From NCBI RefSeq assembly GCF_036370855.1, contig NC_088098.1:199927336-199991335 (forward strand): a stretch of DNA of 64,000 nt. The letters run 5' to 3'. This document shows positions 54,434-64,000 of the stretch, piece by piece. Source of the DNA: Dromaius novaehollandiae. Lineage: Eukaryota. The notes under the pieces were generated by a model. The model searched no databases, had not been told where the DNA came from, and saw only the letters and a list, made by a program, of their open reading frames with translations. Both the position numbers and the translations under genes were made by a program. How positions within the stretch are numbered: position 1 is the stretch's first letter; every line of letters starts with the position of its first letter.

Positions 54434-56308
54434 CTGTGCAGAAAGTGAGTAGAATGGGGAAGAATTGACAACAACAACCACCCCTTTAAAACAAAACCAA
54501 AATGTTGAAGAAAGCAGAATTGTAGAAGTGAATTAAAAAAAAAAATCCAGAATTAGTTACAGTTCAGAAAAGACTTTTTCGAGTATTCGCCTTTGAAAGC
54601 TAACAGAGCTTGGAACTTAGGATCACACTTCAGAAATATTTTATTTTTATCCAGGTGATACTACACACCGGATCCCACAGAGGCATCAGCATTCAGGGTT
54701 CCCAAATAGACTTAATTAGAAAGAATTATAAAGTCAAAACAAGAACAACACCACCACATCTATAAAGACAATTGTATTCTGCTAGATTATAACAACTACA
54801 AAGTTTCTTACAACTGTTAACCAAAATAAATGGGTTTCTGCAAAGTATTCAGAATGACTAAAGTAACATTTTAAAGTGTCTACGTTTCTAGAAATCTCAG
54901 TTCAAGCCAAGACTTCAGATGTGCAGTAAATTAAGACAACCTGCCCCAAACTGTTATTTAGGTATGTTATGGCAGTCACTGTACCAACTGCACAAGTGTC
55001 CAAGGCTGTTCAAAGTCGTCTGCCAGACGAATTTCAAGGCATCTCAACTGAAGACTTGGCAAGGGTACAAGAAAGCCTAAAGAAGCTTTTACTTTGAGGA
55101 GTGCAAACAATATGTACTCTTGCTGCCCATTTTCAAATACCCAATTCAAAAGAATCAGAAACTTTTCTGTTGTGCCTATCTTCATGAGGCCTTTCAGAAG
55201 ATAACTGGCCATTTGCTTCAGATCTAAACTTTCATCTACGCTTTCCATCCATGATCTTAAAAACAAAACAAAAAAAAATCCTCACAGAAAGGGATAAAGT
55301 GTCAAGACTTTTTTAAAGGAAGATCCAACACGTAAGGTTTTATAAAGTGACTTACTGGGGCAAGTGTTAAATGTGTTTATCAAGTCACTGGAAACAAACA
55401 CCCTGTTCTTAGTACCTGCACAGCAAAACAAGCACCCAGAATAAATCATTGTAGGCAGCCTGTTAGAGATGGTATGTATAGCCATGCATTAAACATGAAA
55501 AACAAGCCTTCGAAAACTGCAAAGCTCAGAACTGAAGTTCATGGAGGTAGCCAAATTCTGAAAGATCTGGGGGTTAAGTGACTGAGGAAACCACTAGCCT
55601 ATCATGATTGTTCTTTACAGAAGATGCGAATTCCCTATGCTTGTTAAGCCTTGCAGAAGGGAAGAGAGAAACCATACTGTACTATCTTGGACAAAAGTTT
55701 TTTGTAATCTCTTTTGCAGATTCACTTAAATAGCCTATATATAAATATAGCAAGTTTATGAGGAAGGAATTTTTATATCAGGTAATTACACCAAACATAC
55801 GAAACCAGTAAGAGAAGAACAGACTCTTTTAGAGGTCTTTGAATTTTTCCAGTGCAACAAAATAAACAGTTCTTGATTTTTGGGTGTGTGCAGGGGAGAA
55901 CACAGAAGAGTCTTTTCATCCCAGGATCTCAGTAAGAGATCCAATTTACAATCAAAGCATCTCCCAGGCGAGAGATGCTCCCTTCTGCAGTTTTCTGTGT
56001 TCCTGCTAACAGATTAACTCAGTTTTAAGACTACACCCCAGTTTTTTTGATCCAGACAGTAGAAGAGAATGACGAACCACATTTAACACCGTGCTAATGG
56101 TACACCGATCCACTGATAAATCAGTATGTTAAGGACGGATTAATACACTGGCTGGAAAAACTAGAGTAATTTTCTATTTCAAACGTAACACATGTTCCCT
56201 GACTAAACCAGCTCTGGAAATATGCTTATGCCTTCAACCTTCCATTAGCTCACCAAATGCCAAGTATTATTTATTATTAAACCATGTCAGGACAAATACT
56301 GACTTTAC

Positions 56309-56395
56309 CTTCATCAAGGCAGTTTCACCACTGCTCTGCTGCATGTTCACATATGCCCCAGCTTCCAGAAGAATAGCTACTGTGGTTAGAAAATT
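56309..56395 (-). CDS. MPHOSPH8: MPHOSPH8 coding exon: NFLTTVAILLEAGAYVNMQQSSGETALMK
   Basis: The - strand reads tttttttaag|AATTTTCTAACCACAGTAGCT...TTGATGAAG|gtaaag. The acceptor uses AAG, which is rare but a valid AG. It matches human MPP8 NFLTTVAILLEAGAFVNVQQSNGETALMK and is phase 0 at both ends. Confidence 0.8.
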
Positions 56396-57033
56396 CTTAA
56401 AAAAACCGAACAACACAAGTAAGTATAGAGTATTTTGTTTTGGTTTCAGACTATAAGAAAACCTTTATTTAAAATCCATGAGTAAAATCCAAAACATGAA
56501 GCATGACACAATTAACACTGTTCTCTCTTACCGCTCATGAAGAGCAATTTATGCTCAGGCAAGTTGACAGCCTGAAGTATCTACAATTCTTACTTTTTTC
56601 TAAATCCTGTAATAAGAACCATCTAGGAAGACGACAGTAGGTCTGCCTAATAACAGAACTGGAATCAAGCTCCCTTTTGGCCTTTTATTTCCTGTACTCA
56701 TAAGGAGAAGAAAAAAAAATCCAACCTGAACAACAAAAGCGCACTCCACGAAACATCCTTAACTCAGTAGTCAAGTTAGTCTTAAATTGAGAAGGACTGG
56801 GCACCATCTCTATCCCCCTACTCTCAAGTATTAAACCCTGCTTAATCAGAGATTTGCTCTCAAATCAGTTGAGACCCGTGTAGCCAGAGAATGTAATAAA
56901 CAATTCTAAAGACCTTCAACCCCCAAGATAGGCATAAATTCAGAGACACCATTTGCCTCATGTTTCCTTCTAACTAGCCCTATGACATTCCCTCCTCAAG
57001 GTAGGGTTTTGGGATCACCTACAAGGTATCTCT

Positions 57034-57034
<1 letters not shown>

Positions 57035-57073
<39 letters not shown>
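57035..57073 (+). repeat. T homopolymer of about 39 nt inside an MPHOSPH8 intron (A-run in gene orientation)
   Basis: The run ctctg(t)39aaaaaca is read directly from the sequence. Confidence 0.8.
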
Positions 57074-57078
<5 letters not shown>

Positions 57079-57259
57079 CACACTACAGTAACCACAGCCA
57101 TCTAAATTATGCAGTTTAGGTCACCCTGCTGTGTCCAGCTGCCTACGTTTTAGGCATTATCCAAGAGGGTGTGGTGGGGCAGGGAGAGAGCTAAATTCAG
57201 TACCACTTTTAAACGCAAATACAAGAGCCAAGAACTACAAATATGACAAAAAAACCAAC

Positions 57260-57400
57260 CTTTTCAGCTGCATGTATCAATGCAGTTGTTCCATTTTTCT
57301 GTCTACCATTCACTTTAGCTCCTTTTCTGATTAGGACCCGGAGAAGGTCATCATGCCCACCTGCAGCAGCAAGCATTACTAGGGTCATTCCACTTGAATC
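57260..57400 (-). CDS. MPHOSPH8: MPHOSPH8 coding exon (ankyrin repeats): DSSGMTLVMLAAAGGHDDLLRVLIRKGAKVNGRQKNGTTALIHAAEK
   Basis: Anchored to track ORF 57209..57439 (-). The - strand acceptor is ttgttgttgcag|GATTCAAGTGG; the donor GAAAAG|gttggt follows. The ankyrin consensus (G-TpLh-AA--GH---V--LL--GA--N) is clear, and the peptide is near-identical to the human MPP8 ANK1-2 segment. Confidence 0.9.
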
Positions 57401-58624
57401 CTGCAACAACAATTGCCATAAATCAAAGCTGCAGAACAAACTGCAAACATGTCAAGAGATTTCACCAAAAAAACAAACAAAAGAGGTCCTCCTCTACAGA
57501 CGAATTCACACATACATAACTGCAAGACACTGACAATCTATCAGCTCCTACTTCTCTTCTTCCACAGGCTGTGAGCTCCATAACCTGCTAAACACCTAAT
57601 ATTCTGAGGAGCAGAGCAACAAGACGGAAGATAAGAATGGTATCTGAGGGTGGGAAAAGCACAAGACTGGGTAAAAGAACTGGCAACTGTCCAAGAAAAG
57701 AAAAAAACCCAAAACCCCACAAAAGTCTCTCCATTCCTTGATCCCTATGGAGACAATAGCTCAAATTTATTTAAAAACAGAAAAAAACAAGACAATTTCT
57801 ATTTAGCCACTCTACATTCAGAAACAAAAAATTTTATTTTGTTTTTGTGGGCTTAAGCCAGCTACTATCACAAAGCTGCTTTTTGATTTAATCTAAGTAT
57901 AAATATGAAGATATCTGAGTGGCCAGTCTTCTTAGTCATTCTTGCATTTTCCACCAGATATTACAATCCAAAAACCACACACTTGCCTCAATACCTCACT
58001 TGGAATCACCTTTTCTACTACCCAACAGAAGTTTTAGCATAATTTATGGTCAAAATGTTACATAATACAAGTAAACAAGATCACCAGTAAAAATCCTAGT
58101 GTAAGAGATTTTAATTCTCGTAATTTCCTTTGGGAGGATCTCAAAAGGTCCTTGAAAGAAAAAACACACCAACAACAAAGAAACCAATTAGAGCACAGCT
58201 CAGATGAAGAGCTGGCAAAAATCAAATTTCAAGTGGAGTGAAGTGGTCCAAACCAGCCAAACAGAACATTACATTTTTGTCTGCTTGTAGAGATATTTTT
58301 ATATTTTAGCCACTTGACCTGTCAGATTTCATCATACCTCACACCATGTACAGTTCTACATTTAATATTCCGTTAAATCCAGCAGGCAAGTCTGTTGCTA
58401 ATCTGGCTACTGAGATACTTCTGTCAAGCTTTACTTTTCCTTTAGAAGAAATGGGGAACAAATACTGAAGCCTCAAATTCTATACTGCCTTTTCTCTTAT
58501 GCTTGTGTTCACAAGGTGAGACAGAAATCTGCTCCTTGCAAGACAGAGGGGGAAAAACTTTTAAGACATTCTAAATTTGTATTGTATTTTTTCAATATAT
58601 TTTTCCTTCCCTCAGAAGAATTAC

Positions 58625-58713
58625 CTCTTGATCCAGATTATATTCTTCATTTGAAGAAAGTGCCATCTTCACTGTCATATAGTCTCCATTTTTAACAGCA
58701 TCCCTCAGGAGAG
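58625..58713 (-). CDS. MPHOSPH8: MPHOSPH8 coding exon: (T)LLRDAVKNGDYMTVKMALSSNEEYNLDQE
   Basis: The - strand acceptor is ttattttacag|CTCTCCTGAGG (+ strand CTG at 58714-58716); the donor CAAGAG|gtaa is + strand ttac at 58621-58624. It matches human MPP8 ...VLRDAVKNGDYITVKVALNSNEEYNLDQE. The phase, 2 nt then 29 codons, is consistent with its neighbours. Confidence 0.8.
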
Positions 58714-58799
58714 CTGTAAAATAAATATAATGAAGATACAGGATATTTCTCTTTGAAGTGTCAGATAAGAAATGTCCCTTCCTCCCAGCAACTACTCAC

Positions 58800-58925
58800 T
58801 ACTTGATATCGGTTCTGTTGAGACATGATTCTCATCTTCTCCATCAAGATGCTTCTGAAAGTCTTCTAGTGTCAGCCATTCTAACTGCATGTCCATACCC
58901 AAACTCAAGACTTGTTGCTTGCCAT
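58800..58925 (-). CDS. MPHOSPH8: MPHOSPH8 coding exon: (D)GKQQVLSLGMDMQLEWLTLEDFQKHLDGEDENHVSTEPISS plus 1 nt
   Basis: Anchored to track ORF 58792..59055 (-). The - strand acceptor is atatatgatag|ATGGCAAG; the donor AGTA|gtgagt is + strand actcac at 58794-58799. It matches human MPP8 ...LSLGMDLQLEWMKLEDFQKHLDGKDENF... and is in phase with the flanking exons. Confidence 0.8.
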
Positions 58926-59438
58926 CTATCATATATTTGATTTTATGGAAGAAAAACCATAAAATAAGTAACAAGTAACTAATAAATTGCCAACTCATTC
59001 GCTGCTTGCCATCCCTTCCATGATCAGCAGTGCAACATACCTTTTTTTCATTCAAACTGACTCAGAGTCAGTGTGGAATGGCTCTAAACAATGAAGGCTA
59101 CATTACAGAGACGTAAAACACAAGTTAAAAAGAAGTAACAAGTTGCTGTTGGCTGCTACTGCCAACAGTAAGTTTTTGCTTAAAAAACAAAAACAAAAAA
59201 CCCACCATTCATTTGGTCTAAGGAATGAGGCTGAAGTGTTCACAGATGAAACACTCCATTACTGCAATAGCAAAAGCATGCCACATACTTGGAAAAATCA
59301 TCAGTGAGTTTTAAAAGAAACATTATTTTAGCCTCCTGGGAGACAAGAATTGGAGCACCAAAAGATGCAACTATGAACAGAGGAAAAAAATTTAATGCAA
59401 GTGCTCAACTTTCCCTCAGATTTGTTTCTACTGCTCAC

Positions 59439-59690
59439 CAGAGTTCTCCTCCATTTGACATACATCCACTACTTCTCGATCACCTTCTGCAGCAATGTAA
59501 GTCCATGTATCTGTCTCGTCTCTTATACTCCTCTTTTCCTTGTACACCTTGCTGTCTTTTGATTTTAATTCTTCCGCAAATTTATAGTCTAGACAGGATT
59601 CTTCTCTTTTACGGTTATTCTCAGAATATTCATTTTTTTCCTCTGAAGCTACATTAAACAAGTCAAACGCACTTCTGATGTCTTTATAGC
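59439..59690 (-). CDS. MPHOSPH8: MPHOSPH8 coding exon: (S)YKDIRSAFDLFNVASEEKNEYSENNRKREESCLDYKFAEELKSKDSKVYKEKRSIRDETDTWTYIAAEGDREVVDVCQMEENS
   Basis: Anchored to track ORF 59428..59751 (-). The - strand acceptor is tattctag|GCTATAAAG, with AG at + 59691-59692; the donor CTCTG|gtgagc is + strand gctcac at 59433-59438. It matches the human MPP8 region ...IRNAFDLFKLTPEEKNDVSENNRKREE...RDETDTWAYIAAEGDQEV... Confidence 0.8.
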
Positions 59691-60810
59691 CTAGAATATA
59701 GTTTAAAGACAGATACCAAGAGTGATTATTTGAGTCATTATTACATAACAAAGTCTGAGCAAATTACTAGAGTGCATTTAAAAAGTCTATTCTCTTTTCA
59801 GAGGTTAATCATTGGTTAAGCACAGCACTAAGCTTAACAGCTTAAACCAAAATTAGTGAGAGCTAGTTCACCTTCTGCTGCCTTGGCACCTCTAGTTGAT
59901 TGCTTTGAACACAGTACCAGCTTCTCTTTAAAATAAAAAAATAATTTAGAATTACGTATAAATTACTACTTTGAAAATATCATTCAATATTTCTCATAAG
60001 TGTACAAAGGACACATGCTATGTAAAGAACAACAGCTATTCAATCTGTTTGTTACTTCTTTTTTTAAGCATTGTAAATATTTATTCTACTTTAAGTCAAA
60101 GATGTTTCTCTAATACTAGCTATTTGACACACCATAGTTCCTCCTACATCCATTCATAATCAAAGGTGGAGTTATCTAGTCCCCTCCTCAATTCATCGTC
60201 AGAGTAGTGAGGAAATTTATTCTGAATAAAATCACCCAGAATTTTACTGGGATTAGGAGCAGTGCCATTAATACTCCATTATACTACTTAAAATAGAAGT
60301 AAAAATGCATGAAACCTAGGCATTTTTCTTCACATTTCAAAGCATCTTGTTTTGGTGATATTGTAAAACTTGTACAATATAACTCATCCTCATGGCTAAA
60401 GCAAGAGGCAAGAAACCTGTCTCAAGGGAAGCTACTTTCTCTAAACATACAAAGTGCATATTCATAGTATTATTAAAACACTACTGAAAACAGTCAAGAG
60501 AGTTAGATGAATTCTTCCAAAATGATTACTATTACCAGCATAATATTGAAGCACAGCTGACAATACCAAGTGAAAAAGGGCAAAATCTTCAGTTTCTCTA
60601 TGAAAACTCTAGAGATTTCTATACACTTCCATGCGTCATATTCTCAATACACCAGCAAAGCCATTAAATAGCAGACTTTTGCTTCCTCAGAATAAAAGCA
60701 GAAATTGTTGTTTCTGATGTGTGTTAAAGAAACATACTATTCTGCTCTTGTGAAAATAAGAGGAGTATGCCCTGAATGGTCTTTCCCTTCTCTAAGAAAC
60801 TGGCACTTAC

Positions 60811-60907
60811 TTTTTAGGCCCTTTTGTTCTCTTCTACTTTTTTCTTCTTTCTCAGACTCTTTTTTTTGGGATTTTTCTTTTGTTTCATTTTTCTTTACTT
60901 CCTTCTC
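60811..60907 (-). CDS. MPHOSPH8: MPHOSPH8 coding exon (Lys/Glu-rich linker): EKEVKKNETKEKSQKKESEKEEKSRREQKGLK plus 1 nt
   Basis: On the - strand a T12 tract precedes the CAG acceptor (ttttttttttttaatggcag|GAGAAGG), with CAG as + strand CTG at 60908-60910; donor AAAAA|gtaagt is + strand acttac at 60805-60810. The peptide ends ...KGLK and the phase-1 nt joins the next exon's GC to give Ser, producing KGLK-S-YKDIRSAFDLF; compare human MPP8 ...KGLKTLKEIRNAFDLF. The upstream phase is not verified. Confidence 0.7.
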
Positions 60908-63900
60908 CTGCCATTAAAAAAAAAAAAGATTAAAGTGGTAGAGAGAAAATCAAGAACAACCTCCTTTCACCACTCACATGAGACCACATACTTAGAATTA
61001 GTACTATTCAAAACTGCCCGTAACCCTTGTGGACGTGCCCAAGAATTAAACTGGTCACAGTGGAATTTTTCTGTGAAGGCTTAAGTAAGAGAATAGATGC
61101 TATTTCTAAAATAAAAGGATAGAGCTTCAATTCTTACTTTTACAGCAACCCAGCCATGCAAAGTGCTGTACGGCATGAGATGCAGATACGCCAAAAACAG
61201 CTTACTTTTAAAATTACATTATAACTTATCAAATTGAGATTGAAAAAACTACAAAGACAAAAAACAACAGGAAACCTATTCTATTTAACATCATAGGTCT
61301 TAAATGTTAGTTGTAGCTTCATATGTGAACAGTTAGTACTGTCTGTTAGTAGTCTTCTATTATAACTTAGATAACTGGAATTCCGTTATACCAAGGCTAC
61401 AAAATAAGGAAGCATGAATAAATATCTGAAGTATTTAAGTGACTGCAAGTATTTATTTACTAGAAGAAAATGTAAAATTATGAATTTTATTTGTTCTGAA
61501 TGCTTAACCTGAATAGAACTACTTTAAAGTATTTAGCACTGTTATAGCATTGTATTCAAAGCAGTTATGATAGCACTGACTTCAACCATAACTGAGAAAA
61601 CTCTGTATTTGTACATACAAGGTTCTAGATTTCCCAACTTACACATACAGAAAATTATGGCAACAGTAATTTGTTAAAAAGGGACCGTCAGACAAAATCC
61701 ACCAAAAAATATTACATCCACACAAAAGACCAAGTTTAGCAATCTCCATATCACAGAAGAACCTCATGGCAGATGCAGAGATATAAGCAAATACACCAGA
61801 ATAAAACTCGACTGCCTTCACCAAAGGTTGCCTTTCTCCTCCTATAATCCTTTCTCTATATTCAGCTGGCAAATTCTGAACTGCAGAGTAAGTGGGATGG
61901 GGCTTTGTATCAGCTCGACACTACCTGCTACATGGAACTGCATGCGCTTTGTGAAAAACCACCACCAAAAGAAACCCCAAGACCTACAGAGTAGGAATTT
62001 ATGATTAAGTGTTACCATTTTCTAAACGTGGGACAAACTTGAATTAAAATAGAAGAATTTAATATAGCAAGATATGTTAGCAGAGCTGAGACATTTAATC
62101 CTCCTCCCTGCTCCCCATCCAAAAGCCCAGCTTTTGATCACTAACATGGTTAACTAGTAGCACAGACAGCTGTTACTCCCTGCAGATGCTCAGCGACTAG
62201 GAAGAGATAAAAATTCACACGGATTACCAGATATTTACTAAACAGAAGAGCTGTTAAAAACGGTGATCTTCTATTGCAGATTTTAGATATTGATTAGATC
62301 CACAATATACCCTACACGTTTATTTCTGGAGCCAAATCAAAGGAAAAGCTTCAATATACAGAATGACTCCAAACAGAGAACATTATAATATAAATTGTCA
62401 TGACAGTGTTCTGTAGTCAGCTAAATAAGGAAGGACAGGTAGTTGAAACACATGAAATGATAATACCTGGAAGAAATAATGTATTTGGGACAACAACTTA
62501 GTGAAGCCAAAAAAACCAAAAAACCAACCAAACAAAAAACCCTCAGGCCCCCACCAAACCCTCCACCATAATGGGTCCACAGCTACTCTGGAGAATAACT
62601 AACCAGTTACAAAAAACTTTGTTCGAGTCTCCTATAGAAACTGAGCAAAGAGCAGACTGTCTTCGGCTTCCCTGGTACCTCCAATCTACAAGAGCACCAG
62701 CTATGCAACTGTAAGACAGACCTACAGCTTACTCACAGTGCTAGCTGAAAAGCAATAAGCAGACACTTTCTCATTCGATTTCTTCACGTTTGGGGAGACA
62801 GAATTTTTATACCACTGGTAAATAAAACGGAACTCCAAAGATGTATCCGATTATCATCGCTGATTTGTATTTCTAAGGAATGCTACAGCCTCAAACCATA
62901 ACAAAAATACTTGGAATAAGAAAGGGCCATACCATTTCAGGAATTAATACAGAGAGAATTATTTAACTAACTTTCTGAAACATGACTATGCTTCATAGCT
63001 ATTGCTTAACCTTCTTTACAAGAGTTTTCACCACTAAGCTCCAGCAAAATAGTATTTTATGTAGTTCTACTCTGAAATCGCTCCAGGTAACATTTCTATT
63101 CTCTATCCAAAATCAATTTGCTTATGCTTAATGCGGCCTACTCTATACATAAAACAGTCTTAAGCAGAGGGCCACAGCTGAATCTATAGAAATAAGACAC
63201 ATGCTGCCACAGAATTATGACCTCAGGAAAAGTAGAATATAATCCAGTGAGTTTCAAGGCATTTTGGCTGCAATTCTGTTACAAGTCAGAAAGTGGTTTC
63301 CTTTGTGCAACCACCAAAATTGTTGGATCTGCAAACTGTGTTAGAGCATTTTCAAGCAGCTGAAAAAATTTTTCAAAAGTATCTATTTCTAGAATATTTC
63401 TGTGAAAAATTGCTTTAATCTTTTCCATATCTACACATCTTTTTCTTTTGCTTTTACCACCTTGTTTTTCTGAAAAAAAAAAAAGTGTACTCAATGAGGA
63501 AAAGCAAGTATTCCAGCCATTGATTAGCTCATTTCTTAGATCCTGTAAAGCATTTGTAATTAATATAGAATCAAATCATGAAACTAAGCATCTTGTACGC
63601 ACACCACAGAAATTCTGGCAAGACAAGCCACCTGCACAATTACCTGGGAGACTTGGGTTCAGAAGTGATTTCAGTATTCCAATTCTTAGGAAGGTGCTAG
63701 CTGAGTGACTGGCTTTTGAGAAATATCAAGTGTTTGTCTTACCTCAGAGGTGCACTTCACCGTGCAATGCTGGATGAATAGATGCTGGAAGACCGAATGT
63801 CTTACCATACAAGCAGAATATACAAGTGGAAAGAAATCAAACTGAAGCAATTGTTGAAGGCAGGGGAGACAAGAGGCTAAAAGTAACAGTACATATTTGC

Positions 63901-64000
63901 AGAACCAGTAAATTTCATTTTAATTAAGTACACATAATAAGCAGGAGAAATTCTTACTTTTCTGGATACTTAAAAAAAGAAAGAAGAAAATTGATTATAT

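Noticed and set aside
1-64000. A prokaryotic-style interpretation (operons, defence island, CRISPR, toxin-antitoxin) built on the six-frame ORF track
   Set aside because: The sequence has GT-AG introns, CR1 LINEs, long homopolymers and vertebrate genes (PSPC1, MPHOSPH8). Most track ORFs use TTG or GTG starts and are AT-rich chance frames of 60-140 aa. There are no CRISPR repeats, no rRNA or tRNA, and no gene-dense coding.

Overview
This window is vertebrate nuclear DNA, not a prokaryotic island. It is AT-rich, has spliced genes flanked by GT-AG introns, and carries several CR1 (chicken repeat 1) LINE copies, so it is bird, galliform-like. It covers a tail-to-tail gene pair orthologous to human 13q12.11. 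On the + strand lie the last three coding exons of PSPC1 (paraspeckle component 1) at 7499-7556, 11216-11385 and 14993-15178, with stop codon TAA at 15176-15178. On the - strand lie the 11 most 3' exons of MPHOSPH8 (MPP8, the HUSH-complex chromodomain/ankyrin protein), from 60907 down to the stop codon at 47546-47548. Their splice phases are mutually consistent and they encode the ankyrin-repeat half of the protein. The genes are separated by about 32 kb of intergenic DNA holding three same-orientation CR1 3' fragments, one with recognisable reverse-transcriptase remnants. The same interval holds a near-perfect 200-bp tandem duplication, long homopolymer tracts and a G12(GAGG)n run. I found no rRNA, tRNA, CRISPR array, operon or defence-type system. 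The six-frame ORF track is mostly uninformative here because the real genes are spliced. Only a handful of listed ORFs overlap real exons, and those run through splice sites. Coordinates were counted by hand and anchored to the ORF track where possible, so expect an error of about 1 nt on boundaries without an anchor. Gene identities rest on my recall of PSPC1 and MPP8 protein sequences, not on a database search.
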